A stretch of 64,000 nucleotides of DNA from an uncultured bacterium (lineage in GTDB: Bacteria; Armatimonadota; UBA5829). The DNA is taken from NCBI GenBank assembly GCA_963775535.1, contig CAVZJH010000057.1, positions 3,818 through 67,817 of the forward strand. The letters are read 5' to 3'. This document shows positions 8,399 through 18,490 of the stretch, one piece after another (the stretch's first letter is position 1; each line of letters starts with the position of its first letter). Made by a program: the position numbers and the translations under genes. The notes under the pieces were generated by a model that saw only the letters and a list, made by a program, of their open reading frames with translations, had not been told where the DNA came from and did not search any database.

Positions 8399-10779
8399 AT
8401 GGAAACCAAGACAGCCAAAGCGAGGACTCAGCGGGGCCCGCTGACCGAAGAAGAACTGCAAAAAATGAACGCTTACTGGCGGGCGGCAAACTACCTATCC
8501 GTCGGTCAGATTTATCTACTCGATAATCCGCTGCTCAGAGAACCCCTGCAGCTCGATGACGTGAAACGAAGGCTCCTGGGACACTGGGGCACGACGCCGG
8601 GCCTGAACTTTATCTATGTCCACTTGAACCGCGTGATCAAGCTCTTCGGCCTGGACATGATCTATATCACCGGTCCCGGACACGGCGCGCCCGGCATCGT
8701 CGCAAACACTTATCTCGAAGGGACATACAGCGAGCTTTACCCGAACGTTTCCCAGGATGTCGACGGTATGCGCAAGCTGTTCAAGCAGTTCTCGTTTCCA
8801 GGCGGTATTCCGAGCCATGCCGCTCCCGAAACCCCCGGCTCGATCCACGAAGGCGGGGAGTTGGGGTATTCGATCTCGCATGCCTATGGCGCCGCACTCG
8901 ACAACCCGGACCTGCTGGTCGCATGCGTGGTCGGCGATGGTGAAGCGGAGACCGGCCCGCTCGCAGCATCCTGGCATTCGAACGAGTTTCTCAATCCCGC
9001 AACCGATGGCGCGGTCCTCCCGATCCTGCACCTGAACGGCTACAAGATCGCCAACCCGACCGTTCTCGCGCGCATTCCCCACCGGGAACTGGAAGACCTG
9101 TTCGTGGGCTACGGCTACAAACCCTATTTCGTTGAGGGCTCGGACCCAGCGACAATGCACCAACTCATGGCGCAGACCCTGGACACCGTCATAATCGAGA
9201 TCAGGGGAATTCAGGCCAAGGCCCGTTCCAACGGCGAGATCGTGCGCCCACAGTGGCCTATGATCATATTGCGTTCTCCGAAGGGTTGGACCGGTCCCAA
9301 AGAAGTCGATGGAAAGAAGACCGAGGGCTTCTGGCGCTCGCACCAGGTCCCGTTTTCGGATATGTCGAAACCGGAACACCTCAAGCTTCTCGAGGAGTGG
9401 ATCAGAGCTACAAACCCGAGGAGCTTTTCGACCCGAACGGCAAACTCATCCAGGAGCTTGCCGACCTTCCGCCCAGGGGTCAGCGTCGAATGAGCGACAA
9501 TCCCCATTCCAACGGCGGCGCGGTGCTCAAAGACCTTCGCATGCCCGATTTTCGTGAGTATGCGGTGGATGTTCCTCGACCCGGTTCCGTGGACGCCGAG
9601 GCCACGCGGGTTTTGGGCAAGTTCTTACGCGATGTAATGAAGCAGAATATGCACGACTTCATCGTGGTCGGTCCGGACGAGACCGCGTCCAACCGCCTCG
9701 ATGCTGTCCTTGATGTGACCGACCGCAGATGGGTTGCCGAGCGGTATCCCTACGACGATCATCTTTCACCCGATGGCCGTGTATTTGAGATACTCAGCGA
9801 GACTACCTGCGAGGGCTGGCTGGAAGGCTATTTGCTCACGGGTCGCCACGGCCTTTTCAATTGCTACGAGGCGTTCATCCATATTGTGGATTCGATGTTC
9901 AACCAGCATGCGAAGTGGCTCAAGAGCATCCGCCACATACCGTGGCGCCGGCCGATTGCGTCACTCAACTATCTGCTCACTTCACACGTCTGGCGGCAGG
10001 ACCACAACGGCTTCTCCCATCAGGACCCCGGCTTCATCGATCACGTGGTGAACAAGAAAGCGGACGTCATCCGGGTCTACCTGCCGCCCGATGCGAACAC
10101 CCTGCTGTCCGTGGCCGACCACTGCCTGCACAGCCGCAACTATGTGAACGTTATAGTGGCGGGCAAGCAGCCGTCGCCCCAGTGGCTCAGCATGGATGCC
10201 GCCATCAAGCACTGCACCGCGGGCATCGGCATCTGGGAGTGGGCGAGTAACGACCAGGGATGCGAGCCGGACGTGGTTATGGCATGCGCCGGAGATGTGC
10301 CCACGATAGAGACCCTGGCGGCTGTGGATATATTGAGGCGCGACCTGCCGGACCTCAAGGTGCGGGTGGTGAACGTGGTTAACCTGATGACGTTGCAGCC
10401 CAAGGAAGAGCATCCGCATGGGCTCTCGGAAAAGGAGTTCGACAGCCTTTTCACCACCGACAAACCGATTATCTTCGCCTATCACGGCTACCCCTGGCTG
10501 ATCCATCGCCTCACCTACCGCCGCACGAACCACAAAAACCTTCACGTCCGCGGCTTCAAGGAAGAAGGCACCACTACCACGCCGTTCGATATGGCTGTTA
10601 TGAACGATCTCGATCGCTACCACCTGGTTGCGGACGTTATCGACAGAGTGCCGAAGCTCGGCTACATCGCAGCCTACGCAAAACAGGCCGTGCGCGATAA
10701 ATTGATCGAGCACAAGGAATATATCGCACAGTGGGGCGAGGACATGCCGGAGATCAAGGACTGGCGCTGGCCTTATTGA
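8399..10779 (+). CDS. xfp: Xylulose-5-P/fructose-6-P phosphoketolase, split by a single-base frameshift near 9405-9415
   Basis: N-terminus [40 protein letters not shown]...[11 protein letters not shown] is diagnostic. The ORF at 8399-9493 (frame 2) continues in the ORF at 9253-10779 (frame 1). Junction EEWIR|[12 protein letters not shown] implies one missing base in AGAGC. Confidence 0.85.
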
Positions 10780-11704
10780 TGATCAGGGGCATCGCCCCCG
10801 CGGCCACTATTCCCTGCTGAACCTGGGAGTTCAATAAGAGGTAGAAGTAAAGCAGCCCTCTGTAAGGCGCCCACCCGTCGATGATCCGGTGGACGCCTTC
10901 ATAGTTTGGACGTTCATCCAGATTCAACCAGCGCTGGAGCTTGCGCTGGTTCCCAACATCATCCGCCGGGTAAACGTTTAGTCTCCCCAGACCACGAAGC
11001 GCCACGTACTCAGCCGTCCACCGTCCCACTCCGCGAATTTCGCGGAGACGCTCTTCCACTGAATCGTCATCCAATGCTTCCAAAGCGGCCAGATCAAGCT
11101 TACCGTCGGTGACCGCTTGGGATATTGCGAGGATGTACTCGGCTTTGCGAGAGCTGAGCCCGAAGCTCCTCAAATTTTCAACGGCGGCGCCGGCCAGATC
11201 TTCGGGTCTCGGAAACGCGTGGCTGCCGCCCACGGGCAGGCCGTATCTTGCGCAGATGCGATTCAATAGTTGAATGCCCAGGACCAGGGTGATCTGCTGG
11301 CACGCGATGGCGTTCGTGAGAGCTTCAAAGACGGAGCCAAGGCGAGGCGGTTTGAACCCGGTCAGCGGTTCCACCAAAGCTGCCAGCCGCTCGTCGGACC
11401 CGGCAAGTTTGTAGAAGCCGCCCATATCGACATCCAGGCCCAGCATCTTTGTCAGAACGGGGGCAATCTCTCCCTCGCGTGCCCGGGCGGCGCCGGGTCC
11501 CGCCAGCGCGACGAGCAGTTCCGGCGACTCAGGTGGACCATTCTGAACGACCGAAACTTCCACCGGCTCACCGTTCACAACAACAACCCGCCTGTATGTC
11601 TGTCCATCCCAGCGGTCCATTTCATTCACCGGCACGCGGCGCAGCACCGAGACCGTGAGGTCCAATCGAAACGGCGAGGCGGGGCGCAATACAAAGCTGG
11701 TCAT
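10754..11704 (-). CDS. DNA-3-methyladenine glycosylase II / HhH-GPD family (AlkA-like)
   Basis: 316-aa ORF with HhH-GPD motif region ([21 protein letters not shown]...[21 protein letters not shown]) and AlkA-like N-terminal domain. Confidence 0.7.
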   Translation of the reverse strand: MTSFVLRPASPFRLDLTVSVLRRVPVNEMDRWDGQTYRRVVVVNGEPVEVSVVQNGPPESPELLVALAGPGAARAREGEIAPVLTKMLGLDVDMGGFYKLAGSDERLAALVEPLTGFKPPRLGSVFEALTNAIACQQITLVLGIQLLNRICARYGLPVGGSHAFPRPEDLAGAAVENLRSFGLSSRKAEYILAISQAVTDGKLDLAALEALDDDSVEERLREIRGVGRWTAEYVALRGLGRLNVYPADDVGNQRKLQRWLNLDERPNYEGVHRIIDGWAPYRGLLYFYLLLNSQVQQGIVAAGAMPLIINKASASP

Positions 11705-11765
11705 CTTTCACCTTTCCGAGGGCGTCGAAATCGGTTTGCACGCAAAGCCACTGGATAGTATACCC

Positions 11766-12590
11766 TCATGGCTCGGCTGAATCGTCTGTGGCCGGCTGCT
11801 CGTCTTCTTCGGGCGCCTTGGCCTCGCGCGGGCCGAACGTCCACTGGTAGCCGAGGTAGTCCATAAACGAAATGTTGCCGATCATACTGTGACCCGCGGA
11901 AAACAGGATGTGGTGGCCGTCGTCGATGTTGTAAAAGCCGCCCAGGTTGAAGTTAAACTCGTTTGGAGCGTCCGGGGCGTTAGAGGTTGTCTCGAATATC
12001 TCGCCGCCGAGCGTCCAATGCTCGTTCAGATCTTTTTGAATCTCCCATCCAAAGAGCCAGTAGCTGCTGTTTCCCGCACCGGGGTTGACAAAGTATCCCC
12101 CGCCGCCGTAGCTGGTCCATTTTCCCCAGCTCTTCTGCACCCAGATCGGCAGAAAGAACTGAAAGTTTCCCGTGCCGAGTCCGCGGTCCTCGTTCCCGGT
12201 GGGGACCTCGATGAGCGGAAACGCGCCCACCATCGGCCGGCACGCGGTCTCTTGAACGAACCGATACTTCACCCCAAGCTCCGTGTCACCGAGGCCACGC
12301 TCGGTGACCTCGCCTGTCGGCCGGCTGAACGCATAGGGAACTATCACATGCACCTGCAGGTTCGGGGCCGGGCCATAATTCACTTCAACATGAGGAAGGG
12401 TCCCGATGCTCCCCGTGGGGTCGTGCATCTGAAGGGATGAAACGTAAACCTCCCAGTGATGCAGTTCCACTGGTTCCGGATCGTCCGTGACGAACGGCGG
12501 TCCCGCCCACCCGCGCGAGGCGCAGCCCAGGCAAAACGCAGCAATCAGCAGCCGGCGCAGATTCACTGAGAGCCATTCTCCTTTCAGCAT
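11766..12590 (-). CDS. Outer-membrane beta-barrel protein, MetA-pathway-of-phenol-degradation-like (transporter) family
   Basis: Signal peptide, FVTDDPEP motif, alternating amphipathic strands, GLGDTELGVKYRF. Resembles Pfam Phenol_MetA_deg-type putative OM channels. Family assignment is from memory of motifs. Confidence 0.5.
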   Translation of the reverse strand: MLKGEWLSVNLRRLLIAAFCLGCASRGWAGPPFVTDDPEPVELHHWEVYVSSLQMHDPTGSIGTLPHVEVNYGPAPNLQVHVIVPYAFSRPTGEVTERGLGDTELGVKYRFVQETACRPMVGAFPLIEVPTGNEDRGLGTGNFQFFLPIWVQKSWGKWTSYGGGGYFVNPGAGNSSYWLFGWEIQKDLNEHWTLGGEIFETTSNAPDAPNEFNFNLGGFYNIDDGHHILFSAGHSMIGNISFMDYLGYQWTFGPREAKAPEEDEQPATDDSAEP

Positions 12591-12758
12591 TTCATACTGA
12601 AACTGTTACCCCGGATGAGCCATTGGTAACCAGCCGGCGAGCTCAAAGATTCGTGCCTGGCCGGCGCTATTTCGAAAAAAAAGGTGTTGCAGGCAGCCGG
12701 AGATTACGGAAATTATGCCTCTTCCATTACGTCTAAGATACTAAAGGAGGCGATTGAA

Positions 12759-13823
12759 ATGTCAATACGCAATTTCATCTATCCTATTCGCCTGGCCCAG
12801 GCACTATTAATCGTTGCGCTCTGCGGAGTTCTAAGCGCCGGCGCGCTTGCCGGGAGCTACTCCAGCAGGGGAAGCAATACTAAGCATAGCAGCAGAGGGC
12901 ATAGTAGTTACCGCTCGCGTTTCTCGTCCAGCAGATCCACGAGCAGCTACTCCAGCCACCCGGCCCAATGGAAATCGAGCAGTCAGCATTCCAGCTACTA
13001 TCACGGAACTACAGCCTATAAATCGACGGGCGGCCATGCTTCGAGTTGGAACGCGGGAACAACCAACTCGCATCCCAGTGTTTGGCAGAGCCCGGGCAAT
13101 CATGCGAGCACCGGGTTCCGACCCTCAGTGGCCAGCCACATTACAAACAGAGCGTCGATTTACGCGTCCGTTCACGATCCCGGCGCATTCTACCGCCCCG
13201 TGGGCTACAAGCCGCCGGTCCTGCGCGGGGGATTCTACTACTATGCGTCGCGTCCGGGCTACAGGCCCTGCCACTTCGGCTTTTGGGCGTTCGATTACGA
13301 CGCCCAGTTCTGCCGTCCGTCAGTCTATTTCTACTTCGGTTACTTCCCTTACGTGCAGATCGCACGGATTCACGTACTGCCATACGTCACGGTGAGCTAT
13401 GTCAGCGCGCCTGTGATTATGGATAACGGCTACTACCTTTCAAGGAACCGGACCATTGGACTAAGCAACGCGCTTTCGGATATCCGCAATGCATGGGTAA
13501 ACGGCAGGTTCGACCTTATCAAGAACCACGTGAACGCTGACCAGAGCATCGCAGTGCTGCTCGATGGTAAGTATGATTACTCAGTAGACGCGAATGACTA
13601 CATCCAGATGACGTCAGACGCGGTCGGGCAGGTTCATACGATCAGCTTTACATGGGAGAAGACCGAGCAGCGCAGCGACGGCGATTACACCGCCTTCGGC
13701 AAGCACGTCTACAGCGACTCCTCCGGGGATACGAAGACTGTATACGTGAGTTATACCCTTAGCAAGATCGACGGCGTGTATTCCATCGTGGAGGTCGGTT
13801 CCTCGACATCGTCTCTGATTTAG
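12759..13823 (+). CDS. Secreted protein with a Ser/Tyr/His/Arg-rich low-complexity region, an aromatic-rich segment and an NTF2/SnoaL-like C-terminal domain
   Basis: ATG at ~12759 with AAGGAGG RBS 8 nt upstream. Signal peptide MSIRNFIYPIRLAQALLIVALCGVLSAGALA. SYSSRGSNTKHSSRGHSSYRSRFSSSRSTSSYSS... low complexity. GGFYYYASRPGYRPCHFGFWAFDYD aromatic tract. C-terminal ~120 aa fit an NTF2-like fold. Confidence 0.5.
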   Translation: MSIRNFIYPIRLAQALLIVALCGVLSAGALAGSYSSRGSNTKHSSRGHSSYRSRFSSSRSTSSYSSHPAQWKSSSQHSSYYHGTTAYKSTGGHASSWNAGTTNSHPSVWQSPGNHASTGFRPSVASHITNRASIYASVHDPGAFYRPVGYKPPVLRGGFYYYASRPGYRPCHFGFWAFDYDAQFCRPSVYFYFGYFPYVQIARIHVLPYVTVSYVSAPVIMDNGYYLSRNRTIGLSNALSDIRNAWVNGRFDLIKNHVNADQSIAVLLDGKYDYSVDANDYIQMTSDAVGQVHTISFTWEKTEQRSDGDYTAFGKHVYSDSSGDTKTVYVSYTLSKIDGVYSIVEVGSSTSSLI

Positions 13824-13833
13824 TGCGGATAAT

Positions 13834-13867
13834 ATTTGTCTCCAGGTAACCTTACCTGGAGACAAAT
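13834..13867. terminator. Perfect 16-bp inverted repeat (ATTTGTCTCCAGGTAA-cc-TTACCTGGAGACAAAT) between convergent genes
   Basis: Seen directly. Candidate bidirectional terminator. It overlaps the spurious 3' extension of the 13852-14949 ORF. Confidence 0.45.
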
Positions 13868-13952
13868 GTCTTAGGCTGCCTGTAGGTATAAGACCGGTGG
13901 ACACACGCGAAGCGAGCCGGGGTGGGGCCGGCGGGTTCCTTGAAAATCATCC

Positions 13953-14949
13953 TCAGCGCTTTCTGACCTCGTTGTAAACCGTATCGTAGGCGAATGTCAG
14001 TTCTTCGATCGTGCAGTGGTCCTGAACGAAGTGTGACGTGCAAAAGAGCAGCCCTCCGTCGGCAAACATGCCCGAGCACTGGCTTGATTTCCGACTCCAG
14101 AAAGTCCAGCTTGCCGAAGCCGATAGTCGTCTGCACGTCCAGCCCACCCATTATCACAAACTTACCGCTGTAGTTCGACTTGTAGAGACTGTAGTCCATC
14201 CCCGCCGACTCCTGATACGGGTGAACGACGTCAAAGCCGAGTTCCACGATTCCGTCGAGCACTGAAGAGACGTTGCCGTCGCTGTGCAGGCTGACAAACG
14301 CTCCCCGGCTTTTGACCGCGTCGCAGACATCCTTGTGATAAGGGAATATGATATCGCGCCAGAGCTTGGGATTGAACATCAGCCCGCTCTGAGCGCCCCA
14401 GTCGTCCGAGACGTGGATAATGTCCACTCCCAGGTCCAGGCAGTTCATCGCAAAAGCCTTGTTCCACTCGGCCTGACGGCGGTATATCTCCCGGATCTCG
14501 TCCGGATACATCAGGAGGTAAGCCAGGTGGTTCTCTATGCCGAAGATTCCGTTCATCGGCTCGAAGAACCCGGGGGTTTGAACGTAGACGAACCTGTCTC
14601 TGCGGTTCTTGTGGTGTTCCACCCCCTCGACTACCGGCGCGTAGTCGGTAAGATCATTGGGATCGTGCATCGGCACATCCAACAGAGCGGGGGGCTCGAC
14701 TATGCCTCCCGACGCCGCCGCCACCTCGCGAACCAACTTGCCGTCATAGCAGTACGGCCCGCCGAAGAGGTGGGCGTAGTCGAACTCGTATTTATCTTCG
14801 AACGCCTCCACGGACCCGAACGCCTCAGTTATCTGTTTGTCCAGGTTGGCGCTGACCCACCCGTATATCGGCACCCGGTCCGGTTTTCCGTGTCTTATCG
14901 TTTCGATGACTCTCTCACGTGGAAGCATTCCAATCCTCACTATTTCCAA
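13953..14949 (-). CDS. Uroporphyrinogen-decarboxylase (URO-D) family protein (MtaA/CmuA-like methyltransferase or UroD-like), frameshift near 14040-14060
   Basis: URO-D family motifs (IYGWVSANLDKQITEAFG..., DVVHPYQESAGMD, FVIMGGLDVQTTI). The true C-terminus (HFVQDHCTIEELTFAYDTVYNEVRKR) is in the 13953-14147 ORF. The 13852-14949 ORF tail is out of frame. Confidence 0.6.
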
Positions 14950-15143
14950 AGACTGTGTGACACTGCAGTATAACCGGGCCCGGATACGCTGTCAATCGCG
15001 GGAGATGCGAGGGTCGAAAAAGAGGCGCCAATGATCGGCCGCTTTCGATGAACTGCCGGGCCAACGGTCCCGCCCTGCTTAAGCTTTTTGTCGAAAAACC
15101 GGCATAATCCTGCTTGCTTTTGCATTTGCCCTAAATTTAGGCC

Positions 15144-15172
15144 TTGCCAACCACCATATTATGGGATAGAAT
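15144..15172 (+). promoter_or_regulatory. Sigma70-like promoter TTGCCA-17-TAGAAT upstream of the 15207 gene
   Basis: Hexamers read directly with a 17-nt spacer and ~35 nt to the TTG start. Not tested. Confidence 0.4.
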
Positions 15173-15206
15173 GAGCTTGAATCGCTTCTAAAGAGGGGGA
15201 ATTGAG

Positions 15207-18200
15207 TTGAGGGTAAAGATCTGTATTCTTATAACTGCGGCGGCCTGTTTGCTTGCCGCGGGCGCGTGTTACGCGCAGGATTTTCACCAGGATTCCTGGG
15301 TTGCAACCGACGCGCTTGGACGCCACCTGCCGACCTATGACGTGGTCGGCCCGGTAAAAACCAACAAGACGGCAGGAATCTTCTACTTCTTGTGGGTGGG
15401 GGAGCAGGGCAATGACGGGCCCTGGGACATCACCAAAATCCTTGCGGCCAACCCTACAAACCCAGCCTGGAATACGTCCGGGTCCTACTATTTCTGGTCC
15501 GAACCGGAACTTAACTATTACCATTCCTATGACACATGGATGATCCAACAGCACTGCAGGATGCTGGAGGATGCTGGGATCGATGTTGTCACTTTCGATG
15601 TAACGAACGGTTACACCTACTCCGATGTGCTCACGCCATTATTAACCACTTACGAGCAAATTCGTGCCGCAGGAGGCACAACCCCGCAGATCATGTTTAT
15701 TTGCAATGAGCCTATAGCCTCGTCCTACGGCTATCCGGCTAATACACCTACCGCACAGTGGCTTTATGACAACCTCTATTCGACGGGTCTTTATAACGAT
15801 CTATGGTATCATCTGCCTGGTGACAGCCGTCCATTGGTTTTGTCTCCGGCTTTATCATCGTCCACCTCCCCTACGATCTACAACTACTTTACGACCAGGT
15901 ACGCCTGGGCATGGAACGGAGGAAAGGCGAGTAACTGGACGTGGCTGGATGACTACCCACAGCAGTATGGCGAAGGACCTACCGGGACCCTCGAGGAACT
16001 TTCCGTTTCTATAGCCGAGCACCCGGTGGCCAGCATTGGCGAGGGTAATCCGAAGAACATAAGCAGAGGACGAAGCTTCCACAACAGCGCCGAACAATCA
16101 CCGCCGCAGTCGGCAGAGGGATTGTTCTTTAACGAGCAATGGGGCCGAGCCCTGTCTGTCAGTCCACCGTACGTGTACATAACATCCTGGAACGAATGGA
16201 TAGCCGGGCGGAGCATATACGAGAGCGGCCAGGGTGACCCACCGTACTTCCTCAGCCAGCCGATGACAAATGGCGAGACATATTTCGTGGACACATACTC
16301 TGAGGAATACAGCCGTGACATCGAGCCGATGTTGGGCGGCCATACTGACGATTACTACTATCAGATGATTGCTAACCTTCGAAGGTATAAGGGAGTCAGG
16401 CCACCTCCGACCATCACGAACGAGCCTATCACCATAGACGGCAGTTTCTCAGACTGGACCAACGTCGCGCCCGAATACGACGATTACTCCGGTGACGCGT
16501 TCAACAGGAACTCCCCATTAGTTGGAACGCCCTCATCAACCACAAACACCACGGGCCGCAACGACTTTACAAAGACGAAAGTAGCCTACGACAGCAACAA
16601 CGTCTACTTCTACGTGCAGACCGTAAACCCGATAACCTCGTATACCGGCACGAACTGGATGATGTTGTTCATAGACTCAGACTGCAACGCCGCCACCGGC
16701 TGGAACGGCTACGACTACCTGGTCGATTTCCCGATCGCGGGCCATCCGATTACAGCGAGTACAACTCCTGTGCTCCAGAATACCGGGGGACAAAATACCA
16801 ACTGGTGGAACTGGACTTTTATGGGCAACGCCACCTATGCCATTAACGGAAATCAGATGGAGATAAGTGTGCCGCGCGCGTACATAGGACAGACCGGTAC
16901 CAATGTGGCATTCGATTTCAAATGGGCCGACAACATGCAGGCGTATAACGTCCTGGAGTTCTCCATAGACGGCGACAGCGCTCCGAACCGAAGGTTCAAC
17001 TATCGCTACGCCGCCATATACCCGGGCCCGCAGTGGGAGTTCGTCATAGATTGCGCCAACAGCGAAATGTCCACCACCACTAACCAGGAAGGCTGGATGA
17101 CCTCCGGCTCATCAAGCGTTTCCAACTACTGCATTACCGGTGGCTGCCTTTCGGGCAATGTTTCTTCGTCGAGCGCTTATGTGACCTCGCCGAGCATTCC
17201 GAATATCGATGCCACGAATAACCACTACATCCACATCAGGATGAGCAACACTGCCGGCACTCAGGCTCAGATCTGGTTCCAGACGACAACAGACCAGACG
17301 TTTACCTCTGCGAAGTCGGTCAGTTTCACTACGACCGACGACGGTCAATTCCACGATTACGTTATCGACATGTCGACCAATTCGCATTGGACTGGTTCCA
17401 CCAACACCATCAGAGTCTACCCGATCAACGCGTCCAGCGGCCTCTTCAATATCGACTTCGTCCGCGTTCTGAAGGATTCTCCGATGTTCGTTGGGCCGGA
17501 TACCACCCCGCCAACAGGAACCGTAAGCATCAATTCGGGAGCAGCCTACACCGGCACTACGGCCGTAACCCTTACTACAACGAGCAGTGATGTCGGCAGC
17601 GGCGTTGCTCAGATGAGGTTTAGTAACGATAATTCCAACTGGAGTGCCTGGGCGCCCGTCGCAACTTCCGCAGCCTGGACGCTGGCGACGGGAGACGGCA
17701 CGCAGAGCGTGTATGCTCAGTTTATGGATGCAGTCGGTAATGTCTCTTCATCAAGCTCTGCGTCCATATTGTTGGATACTACGCCTCCCGTGGGCAGTGT
17801 TACTTACAATTCCAATTCCGCGTACGTATCCTCTACTACTTCTACCGCATATCTCTATATGTCGGCGACGGATGCAGGCAGCGGCCTGTACCAAATGCGA
17901 ATAAGCTCAGACAACGTGAACTGGAGTTCGTGGATGACGTATGCCGCAACCAGGATATGGTCGGTTAGTTCCGGTTATGGAGTCAAGAACGCCTGGGTCC
18001 AGTTCAGCGACAAGGCAGGAAACGTGTCGCAGTCCTGCGAAGCCTCTACATACAAGGTGCAGTATTCCGGGTACAACATAGTCACAGCCAAGGGATTGGG
18101 AGATACGATGACAGTGGGTGTATCCGCAAAGGTGGTCACCGCGATATACGGCGACCGCTTCTATGTTGAGGAGCCGAATAGATCCTCCGGTATTATGGTA

Positions 18201-18326
18201 ATTCCGGCGAACGGCGTGCCTGCTAATCTGGTAATAGGCAATACCGTGGATATCGGCGGCGCCATGACTACGGGAACGGATGGCGAGAGGTATCTGTCAT
18301 CAGCAACCGTAGCCATCAAGAGCTAA
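15207..18326 (+). CDS. Large secreted multidomain protein: N-terminal glycoside-hydrolase-like TIM-barrel domain, two tandem Ig-like repeats, C-terminal FY(V/I)E...R..GI.V module
   Basis: Signal peptide. N-terminal motif set (IFYFLWVGE, YYHSYDTWMIQQHCRMLEDAGIDVVTFDVTNG) shared with the 25594-29167 protein. Two ~95-aa repeats (DTTPP(T/V)G(T/S)V..NS.AY...GSG..QMR.S.DN.NWS.W). C-terminal module is shared with the two beta-helix proteins. Confidence 0.6.
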   Translation: MRVKICILITAAACLLAAGACYAQDFHQDSWVATDALGRHLPTYDVVGPVKTNKTAGIFYFLWVGEQGNDGPWDITKILAANPTNPAWNTSGSYYFWSEPELNYYHSYDTWMIQQHCRMLEDAGIDVVTFDVTNGYTYSDVLTPLLTTYEQIRAAGGTTPQIMFICNEPIASSYGYPANTPTAQWLYDNLYSTGLYNDLWYHLPGDSRPLVLSPALSSSTSPTIYNYFTTRYAWAWNGGKASNWTWLDDYPQQYGEGPTGTLEELSVSIAEHPVASIGEGNPKNISRGRSFHNSAEQSPPQSAEGLFFNEQWGRALSVSPPYVYITSWNEWIAGRSIYESGQGDPPYFLSQPMTNGETYFVDTYSEEYSRDIEPMLGGHTDDYYYQMIANLRRYKGVRPPPTITNEPITIDGSFSDWTNVAPEYDDYSGDAFNRNSPLVGTPSSTTNTTGRNDFTKTKVAYDSNNVYFYVQTVNPITSYTGTNWMMLFIDSDCNAATGWNGYDYLVDFPIAGHPITASTTPVLQNTGGQNTNWWNWTFMGNATYAINGNQMEISVPRAYIGQTGTNVAFDFKWADNMQAYNVLEFSIDGDSAPNRRFNYRYAAIYPGPQWEFVIDCANSEMSTTTNQEGWMTSGSSSVSNYCITGGCLSGNVSSSSAYVTSPSIPNIDATNNHYIHIRMSNTAGTQAQIWFQTTTDQTFTSAKSVSFTTTDDGQFHDYVIDMSTNSHWTGSTNTIRVYPINASSGLFNIDFVRVLKDSPMFVGPDTTPPTGTVSINSGAAYTGTTAVTLTTTSSDVGSGVAQMRFSNDNSNWSAWAPVATSAAWTLATGDGTQSVYAQFMDAVGNVSSSSSASILLDTTPPVGSVTYNSNSAYVSSTTSTAYLYMSATDAGSGLYQMRISSDNVNWSSWMTYAATRIWSVSSGYGVKNAWVQFSDKAGNVSQSCEASTYKVQYSGYNIVTAKGLGDTMTVGVSAKVVTAIYGDRFYVEEPNRSSGIMVIPANGVPANLVIGNTVDIGGAMTTGTDGERYLSSATVAIKS

Positions 18327-18351
18327 GCAAGACCCGTCGAGAAAACAGCCC

Positions 18352-18383
18352 AAGGCCGTGGGATTCGTCCCACGGCCTTTTTT
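18352..18383 (+). terminator. Rho-independent terminator (AAGGCCGTGGGATTCGTCCCACGGCCTTTTTT)
   Basis: GC-rich 10-bp stem plus a T6 tract, 25 nt after the stop at 18326. Confidence 0.65.
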
Positions 18384-18490
18384 GGTGCGTATTGCCCGTG
18401 TATCTGAAGCCGGCTCTTTAATGCTCTCACACACAGTCGCAGTTTGATCGCAATAGTTCACTAGTTCTCAGAATCCGAAAAAAGTTCACC

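Noticed and set aside
13852-13952. 3' extension of the UroD-family ORF through the 13834-13867 palindrome
   Set aside because: The extension is Arg-rich nonsense and runs into a terminator-like inverted repeat. The authentic C-terminus is in the 13953-14147 frame.
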